Of a stretch of 64,000 nucleotides of DNA, positions 39,254 to 49,027 are shown piece by piece; position 1 is the stretch's first letter; every line of letters starts with the position of its first letter. The notes beneath the pieces were generated by a model. That model did no database searches and was not told the DNA's origin. It saw only the letters and a list, made by a program, of their open reading frames with translations. The stretch spans positions 18,628 to 82,627 of the forward strand of contig JAFMBY010000001.1 in NCBI GenBank assembly GCA_017858135.1, in the 5' to 3' direction. This DNA is from Porticoccaceae bacterium (GTDB lineage Bacteria; Pseudomonadota; Gammaproteobacteria; Pseudomonadales; Porticoccaceae). Position numbers and translations under genes: made by a program.

Positions 39254-41593
39254 TCAGATGTTTTTCCGACTGGTATCAGTCAACATTGCTTCAATTTCAG
39301 CTTCAAATTCTTCGAAATGTAAAAGCTCGTCTTCTCCATCCACCTGCAAATCTTCGTCATGATCCTGATCAATCTCTGCAACCGAGGTAAAATCAAGATT
39401 AAGCAGCTCGTGACCGTTATGCTCATCCATGTCGGGCGCGTCCTCACCTAACTCGCTATCGGCATTAACCTGTTCCTCGGCCTCTGAAGCCGTGGCTACT
39501 GCAAACATGGCTCCCAGCTGCTGATCATCAATCTCTTCCGGGTATTCATTGATAGACTCTTCGGTCGAATGGTTCTGTTTTTCACTGTGCGAGTCAGGAA
39601 GAATGAAGCCACTCACCGACTTCTTCATCTCTATTGCCATCTCTGCCAGCTCGCCGATAGATGAGGCGGTGTCATTGGTGCCAGAAAGAGTTTGAGAAGT
39701 AATTTCTTGAATCACATTCATGGTGTTGGAAATATGGCCAGACGTGGTGGCCTGATGCTTCGCCGCTTCAGAAATATCCTGGATTAACTCCGCAAGATTG
39801 GTCGATACATTTTCAATCTCTTCCAATGCGATACCTGCACTGTGGGCAAGTTCGGCGCCCTTAACAACCTCAGCAGTTGTCTGTTCCATTGAGTTCACCG
39901 CTTCATTGGTATCGGTTTGAATGGTCTTAACGAGTCCAGCGATCTGCTTGGTCGCTGTCGCTGAGCGCTCTGCAAGTCGCTGCACTTCGTCAGCTACCAC
40001 CGCAAAACCACGACCTGCCTCGCCGGCCATCGCCGCTTGAATCGCGGCATTCAATGCAAGAATATTGGTCTGCTCGGCGATTTCGTTTATCAGCGATACG
40101 ATGTCACCAATTTCCTGAGAGCTTTCGCCCAAACGCTTAATGCGCTTTGATGTGTCCTGAATCTGCTCGCGAATAGTATCCATGCCCTCGATCGTATTGC
40201 GTACAACCTGTGAGCCATTTTTCGCGATCGATACCGATCGCTCAGCAACAGCGGCAGACTCGGCCGAATTGGAAGAGACCTGATCAATAGTAATCGCCAT
40301 CTCGTTAATTGCCGCGGATACGCCTGCAATTTCCTGCGCCTGATGCTCGGCGCTTTCTGCAAGCTGCAGAGAGGTAGCGCTCGTGGCATCCGCTGATCGG
40401 GCAAGCTTAGCCGACGAACCAGCAACATTTTCAACCAAACTCCTCAGTTCGGCGATGGCAAAGTTGATCGAGTCTGCAATGGTACCCGTGAAGTCTTCAG
40501 TTACTGTGGCTTCAACTGTGAGGTCACCGTCTGCCAGATCCGAAATATCATCCAGTAACTGCAAGATAGCCTGTTGGTTTTTGTCTTTTATCTGTTCAGA
40601 TTCAATAAGGTTAAGACGCGTGATTCTGAAGTTGATAAAACCCAGCATAACCAATGCGGCAAAAAATCCAGCGACCGCAGCCAAGGTGGTCATATCATTA
40701 AATACACGCTGTCCAGCGCTACTTAGCCCTGCAACTGTGTTGTCCAAACCATCTAACTGCGTGAGTAAAACGGGAACATCAACCAAGAGAGCCGCTGCGG
40801 ACTGACGGGCGACAGAGAGGTCATCGGCGGAGTCATAAATACGATCGATGTCATTGGCAACTACATCAAATGATTCTTGAATGCGATCGATACTGGCAAG
40901 TGCTTCTTTGTTGGTAACCTTAGTTATACCGAGAATAAAGTTGCCGTTTTTCATTGAGTCGAGGGTATCGCGAAAGACATTAGAGTCACTCTTAAATTGG
41001 TCTGCGGCAACATTGGCATCACCACTGCCAAAAATCATTTTGTCAATATTGCGACCAATCCGCTCAATCAACCACAACTGCTCCTGCGCAATAGCAATTT
41101 GTCCGGCTGGCGCTGACTGGGCAATCAAGGAATCCACCACCTGCCCAGAGTTGTCCTGTACACGCGGCAACTTGGCATTCAACTCATTGGCAACGGTGGA
41201 TACAAACATTACCGTTTCTCGGCTGTCAGTTAAAAGATTTAACTCTTCACGGACCCGATGCCAGCTTGCAGTTACACCTCGAATCTGCGGCCTAGAGATC
41301 TCATTCTGTGCTTGCAGATCCAACTGTAAAGTTGTCCACAGTGTATTCATTTCCTGCGTCAAACCAGCCAGAGCATCGAAAGTGTCCTCTCTGGCAGCGC
41401 TGGCATCATCTGCCAATTTGGCAATACGCAATGCCTTAACCCGGAGGTTTGCGATACTTTGGATGTTGGCCTGATCGTTTTTAGCCTGTTTGTTAACCTC
41501 GATAACACTGTATGCCCCAAAGGCCAAGCAGGCGACGCCCAGTACGATAATCAAATTGCGAAAGTGCGATCCTTTGCCAGTACTCTTACTCAT
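39254..41593 (-). CDS. pilJ: Methyl-accepting chemotaxis protein PilJ with long acidic tail
   Basis: Two TM segments, HAMP (GDLTVEATVTEDFTGTIADSIN), QTNILALNAAIQAAMAGEAGRGFAVVADEV; likely start ATG 41593 after GGAGG. Confidence 0.93.
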   Translation of the reverse strand: MSKSTGKGSHFRNLIIVLGVACLAFGAYSVIEVNKQAKNDQANIQSIANLRVKALRIAKLADDASAAREDTFDALAGLTQEMNTLWTTLQLDLQAQNEISRPQIRGVTASWHRVREELNLLTDSRETVMFVSTVANELNAKLPRVQDNSGQVVDSLIAQSAPAGQIAIAQEQLWLIERIGRNIDKMIFGSGDANVAADQFKSDSNVFRDTLDSMKNGNFILGITKVTNKEALASIDRIQESFDVVANDIDRIYDSADDLSVARQSAAALLVDVPVLLTQLDGLDNTVAGLSSAGQRVFNDMTTLAAVAGFFAALVMLGFINFRITRLNLIESEQIKDKNQQAILQLLDDISDLADGDLTVEATVTEDFTGTIADSINFAIAELRSLVENVAGSSAKLARSADATSATSLQLAESAEHQAQEIAGVSAAINEMAITIDQVSSNSAESAAVAERSVSIAKNGSQVVRNTIEGMDTIREQIQDTSKRIKRLGESSQEIGDIVSLINEIAEQTNILALNAAIQAAMAGEAGRGFAVVADEVQRLAERSATATKQIAGLVKTIQTDTNEAVNSMEQTTAEVVKGAELAHSAGIALEEIENVSTNLAELIQDISEAAKHQATTSGHISNTMNVIQEITSQTLSGTNDTASSIGELAEMAIEMKKSVSGFILPDSHSEKQNHSTEESINEYPEEIDDQQLGAMFAVATASEAEEQVNADSELGEDAPDMDEHNGHELLNLDFTSVAEIDQDHDEDLQVDGEDELLHFEEFEAEIEAMLTDTSRKNI

Positions 41594-41653
41594 GTAATCC
41601 TCCATGTTGATTCGATGGTGCTTTGATTTATCTGCGTTACACCGCGCAATAAT

Positions 41654-42187
41654 CTAGACGGCGACACTCATAAACTGATCGTCCTCAAGCAGCTTTTTCG
41701 CGCAAAAAAGCGGTAGTGTTTGATGCTCTTCAACAAAAATGCCATCGATAAAACTGGCCATTGGACCCTGACTAGACGACGCTTGATGAAGGTCGACGGC
41801 GAGAGATTTAATTCCCTGGACTCCATCGACTACAACACCGACGTAGACGCCGTTAATATCCAGAACAAGCACGCGCCGCTCTCGCATAGTGCTACTTAAT
41901 CTACCACCCAGAAAGGCCGCGAGATCAACAATCGGCAGCAACCGGCCTCTAACATTCGCGAGGCCGCTAACCCAAGATTTAACTCGCGGCAGCTTTGTCG
42001 ACTCGGGCAGTTCAAGTATTTCACTGACCTCATTAAGTGGCATTACGTAGTCGTTGCCGAGCAGGCTGAACGCGATTAACTTGCGCATCTCGACAATTTC
42101 TTTTTGCGCAGGGAGTCCGTAAACCGACTGACTGAAACGGCTAGCCACATTGCTGATTGCTGAGAAAAATTTCTCCACGTTAGGCAC
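41654..42187 (-). CDS. pilI: CheW-like protein PilI
   Basis: PLNEVSEIL, LPRVKSWVSGLANVRGRLLPIVDL. Confidence 0.9.
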   Translation of the reverse strand: MPNVEKFFSAISNVASRFSQSVYGLPAQKEIVEMRKLIAFSLLGNDYVMPLNEVSEILELPESTKLPRVKSWVSGLANVRGRLLPIVDLAAFLGGRLSSTMRERRVLVLDINGVYVGVVVDGVQGIKSLAVDLHQASSSQGPMASFIDGIFVEEHQTLPLFCAKKLLEDDQFMSVAV

Positions 42188-42199
42188 GACGTTATTTAC

Positions 42200-42562
42200 C
42201 TAATTGAGAACGGCAGTAATTGCAGAGACCAACTGTCTCTCATCGATCGGCTTAACCAGATAGGCCTTGGCACCTTGGCGTTCACCCCAGACCTGATCCG
42301 CCTGCTGATTCTTGGCGGTAACAATAATGACGGGAATGTGCTGGGTGTCTTTGCCACGACTAAGCTGCCGGGTTGCCTGAAACCCATTCAGTCCAGGCAT
42401 AACAATATCCATTAAAACTACATCTGGCTGCTCATCGCGCGCCAAATTAAGACCCTGCTGACCAGAGTCCGCAGAGAGTACTGAAAATCCATTGCGTTCA
42501 AGAATGTTGGCTAACTTATATGTCTCCGTGGGAGAGTCATCCACAATCAATACTTTTGCCAT
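42200..42562 (-). CDS. pilH: CheY-like response regulator PilH
   Basis: VDDSPTE, LMDIVMPGLNGFQATRQL, VWGERQGAKAYLVKP. Confidence 0.93.
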   Translation of the reverse strand: MAKVLIVDDSPTETYKLANILERNGFSVLSADSGQQGLNLARDEQPDVVLMDIVMPGLNGFQATRQLSRGKDTQHIPVIIVTAKNQQADQVWGERQGAKAYLVKPIDERQLVSAITAVLN

Positions 42563-42587
42563 TTGATCAAACCTCTAAGTCCTTTAG

Positions 42588-42965
42588 TTAGTTATGGGTA
42601 TGCTTTTCCAGTACATCGAGTAATTCTGCACGACCAAAGGGTTTGGTCAGATAATCATCGGCCCCAACGATTCGACCTTTGGCCTTATCAAAAAGACCAT
42701 CTTTGCTCGACAACATAATGACGGGTGTAGATTTATAGTCGGGATTATTTTTGATTAATGCGCAGGTTTGGTAGCCATCGAGACGGGGCATCATGATGTC
42801 AATGAAAATGACATCTGGTCTGATATCGACGATTTTGGATAAGGAATCAAAACCATCTGACGCTGTAGATACATCGCAGCCAGCTTTTGCTAACAATGTT
42901 TCTGCCGTGCGTCTTATTGTATTACTGTCATCTATGACGAGCACTTTAAGGCCCTGAACATCCAT
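42588..42965 (-). CDS. pilG: CheY-like response regulator PilG
   Basis: IDDSNTIRRTAETLL, DIMMPRLDGYQTCALIK, KDGLFDKAKGRIVG. Confidence 0.96.
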   Translation of the reverse strand: MDVQGLKVLVIDDSNTIRRTAETLLAKAGCDVSTASDGFDSLSKIVDIRPDVIFIDIMMPRLDGYQTCALIKNNPDYKSTPVIMLSSKDGLFDKAKGRIVGADDYLTKPFGRAELLDVLEKHTHN

Positions 42966-43176
42966 ATTATCACCACTTTAAAACCACTTAACGCCTCAAG
43001 TACTGCCAATGTCACTCAAGTTATGGAATTTTAAACACACTTGTAATATATAATCCACACACCTGTAAATTTAATAATAAATTTGATCTATAGGTCACAG
43101 ATTTTTTTTTGGGGCACCGGCATCTCAATTGCCATATTCAGTTATAGCGCAAATCTCAGCTTAAGGTTGTCATTTT

Positions 43177-44139
43177 ATGAGCACTACGCTTGGGGTCATT
43201 ATGGACCCGATCCAATCTATATCATTTACAAAGGACTCAACTCTGGCGATCTTGTGGGCGGCTCAAGCCCAGGGGTTTGAACTTTTTTATATGCAACAGC
43301 ATGATCTATTTATCGAAAATGGTGAGCCGAAAGCGCAGCTGCGTCCGTTAAAGGTATTTGATGATCCAGACAAATGGTTCGAATTGGGCGAGAGTAAAGT
43401 CGCTCCTCTCGAGGAAATGGATGTCCTGTTAATGCGCAAAGATCCGCCTTTCGACAGTGAATTTATCTATTCGACCTACATCCTCGAAGCCGCAGAAAAC
43501 CGCGGTTCTCTGGTGATCAACAAACCGCAAAGTCTGCGTGATTGCAATGAAAAGGTATTTGCCACACAGTTTCCACAATGCACCCCGCCACTATTGGTCA
43601 GCCGTGATCAAGAACGCTTGAAAGGCTTTTTAGCGGAGCATAAAGATGCCGTCTATAAACCACTTGATGGTATGGGTGGCACATCGATTTTCCGTGCTAT
43701 CGAGGGTGACCAAAACCTCAATGTTATTCTTGAAACGCTCACCAACTATGGTCAGCAGATGATTATGGCGCAAAAGTATTTGCCGGAAATTACTCTGGGT
43801 GACAAGCGCATTCTAGTCGTCGATGGTGTCGTTATCCCGTTCTGTCTGGCGCGAATACCCACTGGTAGTGATTTTCGCGGCAACCTTGCAGCAGGCGGTC
43901 GTGGCGTCGTGCAACCGCTCAGCGAACGCGATCATTGGATTGCCCAACAGGTTGCACCGGCACTGAAAGAGCGCGGACTGATTTTTGTCGGCCTGGATAT
44001 AATTGGCGATTATCTCACAGAGATAAATGTGACAAGCCCAACCTGTATCCGCGAGATTGACAGTGCTGAAAACACTCAGATTGGTGAGCAACTGATCAAT
44101 GCTATACGCGCAAAACTGACCCAGTCGGGCCGGCGATAG
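43177..44139 (+). CDS. gshB: Glutathione synthetase
   Basis: VIMDPI, KDSTLA, MRKDPPFD, KPLDGMGG, RGNLAAGG, EINVTSPT. Confidence 0.97.
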   Translation: MSTTLGVIMDPIQSISFTKDSTLAILWAAQAQGFELFYMQQHDLFIENGEPKAQLRPLKVFDDPDKWFELGESKVAPLEEMDVLLMRKDPPFDSEFIYSTYILEAAENRGSLVINKPQSLRDCNEKVFATQFPQCTPPLLVSRDQERLKGFLAEHKDAVYKPLDGMGGTSIFRAIEGDQNLNVILETLTNYGQQMIMAQKYLPEITLGDKRILVVDGVVIPFCLARIPTGSDFRGNLAAGGRGVVQPLSERDHWIAQQVAPALKERGLIFVGLDIIGDYLTEINVTSPTCIREIDSAENTQIGEQLINAIRAKLTQSGRR

Positions 44140-44161
44140 TGTCGAGTCACTGGAACCGGCA

Positions 44162-44998
44162 ATGGAGAATTTAATCGGCGGCCGCTGGAACACTAACCCA
44201 CAACGTCTGCGCAGGACGTTCATAGCGGCACTGGTCTTTCATTTTTTTGTGCTAATTGGGCTGGGTTTTACCCTGCCATCCAGTTCAAATCCAAGCCCAT
44301 CCTTGGAGGTCACATTAACGCAATACCATAGCGATGACGCACCCGATAAGGCCGATTTTATTGCTCGAACCAACCAGTTTGGCAGTGACGATCAGGCGCA
44401 GGCCCTGCCAGCCTCAACCGACCTCCAGTCGGCGCTTGAGAGTCAAGATCAGTTTCGCGCCTCAGCTCGTCAGCAACAGCGACCCGAGCCCAGTGCGCAG
44501 GTCGTTGTGAGCCATAGTGGTAATGGCGGCATTTCCCGAAACGACGAGTCAGACAATCACAGCGCTGTGTATTCAGAAGATCGTGATATTGATGCCATGC
44601 GCGCAGAACTTGACCGGTTGAAACAGGCCTATAGCCAACTTCCAAGAGTCCTGCGTATGACCTCGGTGTCAGCTAAATCAACAGATGAGGCGGCCTACAT
44701 GGATTATTTCGAACAGCGGGTAGAGCAGATCGGCAATGTAAATTACCCAAGAGAAGCTCGCTCACGACGGATGTTTGGTCGTGTGCAGCTAGTTGTCGTG
44801 CTAATGGCTAATGGCAACATAAAGCGTATCGAGGTTTCAAAAAGTTCTGGTTCTCGATTGCTGGATCGGGCTGCGGTGCGCTCTGTGCAACTTGCGTCTC
44901 CTTTTAAAGCCTTCCCTGCAGAGCTATACGGCCGTGATGAAATTCATATTATTCGCACTTGGCAATATCAGTCCAATAATGTACTCACCACAAACTAA
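44162..44998 (+). CDS. tonB: Energy transducer TonB (TonB3-like)
   Basis: N-terminal TM with His, IGNVNYP, SSGSRLLDRAAVRSV, HIIRTWQY; same position as Pseudomonas tonB3. Confidence 0.85.
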   Translation: MENLIGGRWNTNPQRLRRTFIAALVFHFFVLIGLGFTLPSSSNPSPSLEVTLTQYHSDDAPDKADFIARTNQFGSDDQAQALPASTDLQSALESQDQFRASARQQQRPEPSAQVVVSHSGNGGISRNDESDNHSAVYSEDRDIDAMRAELDRLKQAYSQLPRVLRMTSVSAKSTDEAAYMDYFEQRVEQIGNVNYPREARSRRMFGRVQLVVVLMANGNIKRIEVSKSSGSRLLDRAAVRSVQLASPFKAFPAELYGRDEIHIIRTWQYQSNNVLTTN

Positions 44999-45047
44999 TC
45001 CGACCCTGGCCTTGAGTTTGGCGTCATAAAACCCCATATTGTTAAGC

Positions 45048-45626
45048 ATGGAAACGTTAAAACCAAAAAAGATAAGCAGCCTAAAAAATCACTTTCTGCT
45101 GGCGATGCCGGGGCTCAATGATCCGACTTTTTCTGACTCCGTTGTGTACATCTGCGAACACAACTCGGAGGGTGCCATGGGTTTGATTGTGAATAACCAA
45201 ATCGATGTGCCCGTTAAGGCGATATTTGATCAGTTAAAGCTTAATTATGAGGATGAATTCGCACGACCACTGCTCTTTGACGGCGGCCCAGTCCAGCGCG
45301 ACCGCGGCTTTATCTTGCATGCCAGCTGTGACCAACAATGGGAGTCGACCCTGGCTATTTCCGATCAGGTCAGCTTAACCGCATCGAGGGATATCCTCGC
45401 TGATATGGCTGTGGGTAAAGGCCCAAAAGATTCTCTGATTACATTGGGTTACTCGAGCTGGACGGCCGGTCAGCTTGAGCGAGAGTTGAGTCAAAATAGC
45501 TGGCTTACCATTCCGGCAGACGCCGAAATCATCTTTAAGACAGATTGCGCCAAGCGCGCCTCAGCGGCCGCACTGAGCATTGGCCTGGATCTGAGGATGC
45601 TCTCACATCAAGCCGGTCATGGCTGA
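45048..45626 (+). CDS. yqgE: YqgE/AlgH family protein (UPF0301)
   Basis: FLLAMPGL, YICEHNSEGAMGLIVN, GGPVQRDRGFILH, GYSSWTAGQLE. Confidence 0.93.
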   Translation: METLKPKKISSLKNHFLLAMPGLNDPTFSDSVVYICEHNSEGAMGLIVNNQIDVPVKAIFDQLKLNYEDEFARPLLFDGGPVQRDRGFILHASCDQQWESTLAISDQVSLTASRDILADMAVGKGPKDSLITLGYSSWTAGQLERELSQNSWLTIPADAEIIFKTDCAKRASAAALSIGLDLRMLSHQAGHG

Positions 45627-46056
45627 GGTCAACAAGCCCAAGAGACTGCTGGGCTTTGACTATGGTCTCAAACAGATCGGCGTTGCCAGCGGCCAAACCC
45701 TGACTTCGTCTGCCACTGGCCTGACTATTCTCAAGGCGGTCGATGGCATTCCCAACTGGTCTCAGGTAGAAAAACTGTTAACAGAATGGGACCCAGATCT
45801 AGTCGTGGTGGGACTGCCCTTAAATATGGATGACAGTGAAAGTGAGCTAAGTGGACGAGCGCGAAAGTTTGCTCGCCGCTTGCAAGGTCGTTTCGCCGTT
45901 GAGGTAGAAATGGTCGATGAGCGCTTGACCAGCCGTGAGGCAAAATCCATGGGCAGGGAACAGGGCAATCAAGATCTGACTAAGATTGATCATGTCGCCG
46001 CCGCGCTTATTTTACAGAGCTGGCTCGACTCACCCTCTATAGGGAGTCCACCTTAA
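45619..46056 (+). CDS. yqgF: Pre-16S rRNA nuclease / Holliday-junction resolvase-like YqgF
   Basis: LGFDYGLKQIGVA, VVGLPLNMD, DERLTS, IDHVAAALILQSW. Confidence 0.94.
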   Translation: MAEVNKPKRLLGFDYGLKQIGVASGQTLTSSATGLTILKAVDGIPNWSQVEKLLTEWDPDLVVVGLPLNMDDSESELSGRARKFARRLQGRFAVEVEMVDERLTSREAKSMGREQGNQDLTKIDHVAAALILQSWLDSPSIGSPP

Positions 46057-46068
46057 ACTGGCTCCTCC

Positions 46069-47217
46069 TTACCAACGTAATTTATCAGAGTAATCTTCTT
46101 CAATAGACAGATTGTCTGCGCTCGCGCCGAGCTCATCGACATAGGTGTCTGACTGCATTTTTATCATCAGGCGCAAATCATTTTTTGAATCCGCATGGGC
46201 GATGGCATTTTCGTAGCTAATCTGCTCTTGGACATAAAGCTCATAGAGCGCCTGATCAAACGTTTGCATGCCATGTTCAGTGGAATTGCCCATAATTTCT
46301 TTCAGCTTGTGTACCTCTCCTTTGCGAATAGTGTCAGCGACCAACGGCGTGTTGAGCAGAATTTCAATCGCCGCGCGACGGCTATCCCCCTCGAGAGTGG
46401 GCACCAGTTGCTGAGCGACGATGCCACGCATATTTAACGATAGATCCATCCACATTTGAGCATGGCGATCTGCCGGGAAAAAATGACTGATACGATCGAG
46501 TGCCTGGTTGGCATTATTGGCGTGCAATGTAGCCAGCACTAGGTGGCCTGTCTCAGCGAAAGTGATGGCGTGCTGCATGGTTTCAGGCGTGCGGATCTCA
46601 CCAATCAAAATCACATCCGGAGCCTGACGCAAGGTGTTTTTCAATGCCACCTCAAACGACTCCGTATCCACGCCGACTTCGCGTTGGGTAATAATACAGC
46701 CCTGATGCTGATGGACAAATTCGATGGGATCTTCAATCGAGACGATATGGCCTCGACTATTTTTGTTGCGATGCCCTATCAAGGCGGCGAGAGAGGTAGA
46801 CTTACCGGTGCCAGTAGCACCAACAAAAATAACGATGCCGCGCTTGTTCATCACCAGCTCTTTTAGAATCGGCGGCAACAATAGTGACTCAGGCGTGGGA
46901 ATTTCGCTCTCAATGCGTCGCAGTACCATGCCAATCTCACCGCTCTGGTAAAACGCACTGGCTCTAAAACGCCCTGCACTTTGACTGACAACAGCAAAAT
47001 TGAGCTCTTTGTATTGTTTAAACTCCTCCTTCTGGTCAGGCTTCATGGTGCTAAAAACCAGTGCCTCGCAATGACTTTGCGAAAGTTTCTTTTTACTGAT
47101 TGGCATCACTGCGCCATTGACCTTAAGGCAGGGTGGCAAACCAACGGTAATAAACAGGTCCGAGGCCTTTTTACTGACCATGTAATTAACCAGGTCTTCG
47201 AATGTCTGATCTAACAT
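46069..47217 (-). CDS. pilU: Type IV pilus retraction ATPase PilU
   Basis: ASDLFIT, GATGTGKSTSLA, NTLRQAPDVILIGEIR, TLHANNANQALDRI. Confidence 0.95.
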   Translation of the reverse strand: MLDQTFEDLVNYMVSKKASDLFITVGLPPCLKVNGAVMPISKKKLSQSHCEALVFSTMKPDQKEEFKQYKELNFAVVSQSAGRFRASAFYQSGEIGMVLRRIESEIPTPESLLLPPILKELVMNKRGIVIFVGATGTGKSTSLAALIGHRNKNSRGHIVSIEDPIEFVHQHQGCIITQREVGVDTESFEVALKNTLRQAPDVILIGEIRTPETMQHAITFAETGHLVLATLHANNANQALDRISHFFPADRHAQMWMDLSLNMRGIVAQQLVPTLEGDSRRAAIEILLNTPLVADTIRKGEVHKLKEIMGNSTEHGMQTFDQALYELYVQEQISYENAIAHADSKNDLRLMIKMQSDTYVDELGASADNLSIEEDYSDKLRW

Positions 47218-47228
47218 AGCTTTCCTCC

Positions 47229-48263
47229 TTAAAAACTATCTGGCATTTTAGCTTTTTCACGGGCCACATCTGGACTGATTAAGCGCTGACCGATCAGGTT
47301 TTGTAAACATTGATCGAGGGTCTGCATACCCAGGGCACCACCGGTTTGGATCGCAGAATACATCTGTGCAACTTTATCCTCACGGATCAAGTTGCGGATT
47401 GCCGGTGAGCCGATCATGATTTCGTGGGCAGCCACACGTCCACCACCAATTTTTTTCAGTAGCGTTTGCGAAATCACCGCCTGCAGCGATTCTGATAGCA
47501 TTGATCGAATCATCGATTTTTCGCTGCCAGGAAACACATCGACAACCCTGTCGATAGTCTTTGCCGCCGAGGTTGTGTGCAATGTGCCAAACACTAAGTG
47601 GCCCGTTTCGGCCGCTGTGAGCGCCAACCTAATAGTTTCGAGATCGCGCAACTCACCCACCAAGACAACATCCGGATCTTCACGCAAGGCCGATCGCAAG
47701 GCTTCACTAAAGCCAAGCGTATCGCGGTGTACTTCACGCTGATTGACCAGACACTTTTTACTCTGATGAACAAACTCTATCGGGTCTTCAATGGTCAAGA
47801 TATGGTCGTAGCGATTATCGTTAACATAATCAACCATGGCCGCCAATGTGGTCGATTTTCCCGACCCCGTGGGCCCAGTGACCAACACCAGTCCGCGTGG
47901 CATCAGCGCCAGTTTTTTAAAGATATCACCCATGCCAAGCTGTTCAAGAGTCAACACTTTCGAGGGAATGGTCCGAAAAACTGCGGCCGCACCGCGATTT
48001 TGGTAGAACACATTGACGCGAAATCGAGCGATCCCGGGAACATCAAACGAAAAATCCGTTTCGAGAAATTCCTCAAAGTCCCTTCTCTGCTTGTCATTCA
48101 TTATTTCGTAGATCAAACTGTGGACTTGGCGGTGTTCCATGGCAGGCAGATTGATCCGCCGCACATCGCCATCGATTCTAATAATGGGGGGAAGGCCCGC
48201 GGAAATGTGTAAATCTGACGCCCCCTCTTTGGCGCTAAAAGCCAATAATTCCGTTATATCCAT
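47229..48263 (-). CDS. pilT: Type IV pilus retraction ATPase PilT
   Basis: MDITELLAF, GPTGSGKSTTLAA, LREDPDVVLVGELRD, AIRNLIRE. Confidence 0.97.
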   Translation of the reverse strand: MDITELLAFSAKEGASDLHISAGLPPIIRIDGDVRRINLPAMEHRQVHSLIYEIMNDKQRRDFEEFLETDFSFDVPGIARFRVNVFYQNRGAAAVFRTIPSKVLTLEQLGMGDIFKKLALMPRGLVLVTGPTGSGKSTTLAAMVDYVNDNRYDHILTIEDPIEFVHQSKKCLVNQREVHRDTLGFSEALRSALREDPDVVLVGELRDLETIRLALTAAETGHLVFGTLHTTSAAKTIDRVVDVFPGSEKSMIRSMLSESLQAVISQTLLKKIGGGRVAAHEIMIGSPAIRNLIREDKVAQMYSAIQTGGALGMQTLDQCLQNLIGQRLISPDVAREKAKMPDSF

Positions 48264-48329
48264 GCTCTATCTCGCTTATTCCTTGCGGCAAGTAATGTTG
48301 CGTTAAACTCCTAATAACCTGATAAGTAT

Positions 48330-49022
48330 ATGCCAAAGATAAAAAATAACATTGACCGCGTGAGCAAACGTATCGATCAGAGTGCAACCGAGTGCGGGCG
48401 GGCCCCTAGCGACATACTTTTATTAGCCGTCAGCAAGACTCGCAGCACTGATGAAATTCGCCGCGCGATGGACGCTGGACTGACGCACTTTGCAGAAAAT
48501 TATCTACAGGAAGCGCTCGACAAAATCTCGCAGCTAGAGGATGAAGATCTGCATTGGCATTTTATTGGCCCGCTACAATCCAACAAAACCCGCAGTGTGG
48601 CCGAGCATTTTAACTGGGTACACAGCGTCGATCGCTTAAAAATCGCTCAACGCCTCAACGATCAGCGTCCTGAGGAGCTGGGGCCACTGAATATCTGCTT
48701 GCAGGTCAATATCGACCATGAGCCCAGCAAGTCTGGTTTGCCGGCAGACGCCGTGCTAACGGTTGCGCTGGAGGTCGTTAAATTGCCCAATCTGCGGCTG
48801 CGTGGACTGATGGCTATTCCGCAAGCGGAGCCGAGTTTCGAACAGCAGAAAATAGCATTTCAAAAGCTCGCTGAATTGCGCGAGCATATCAACCAGTCAC
48901 TGGACAATTCAGAGAAATTGGATACCCTCTCCATGGGCATGTCCAACGATCTTGAGGCCGCAGTTTCGCAGGGCTCCACAATTGTTCGGGTGGGTACGGA
49001 TATATTTGGCAAGAGAGAGTAG
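48330..49022 (+). CDS. yggS: PLP homeostasis protein YggS/PROSC
   Basis: LLAVSKT, FAENYLQE, WHFIGPLQSNK, LSMGMSND, VRVGTDIFG. Confidence 0.96.
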   Translation: MPKIKNNIDRVSKRIDQSATECGRAPSDILLLAVSKTRSTDEIRRAMDAGLTHFAENYLQEALDKISQLEDEDLHWHFIGPLQSNKTRSVAEHFNWVHSVDRLKIAQRLNDQRPEELGPLNICLQVNIDHEPSKSGLPADAVLTVALEVVKLPNLRLRGLMAIPQAEPSFEQQKIAFQKLAELREHINQSLDNSEKLDTLSMGMSNDLEAAVSQGSTIVRVGTDIFGKRE

Positions 49023-49027
49023 CACTA

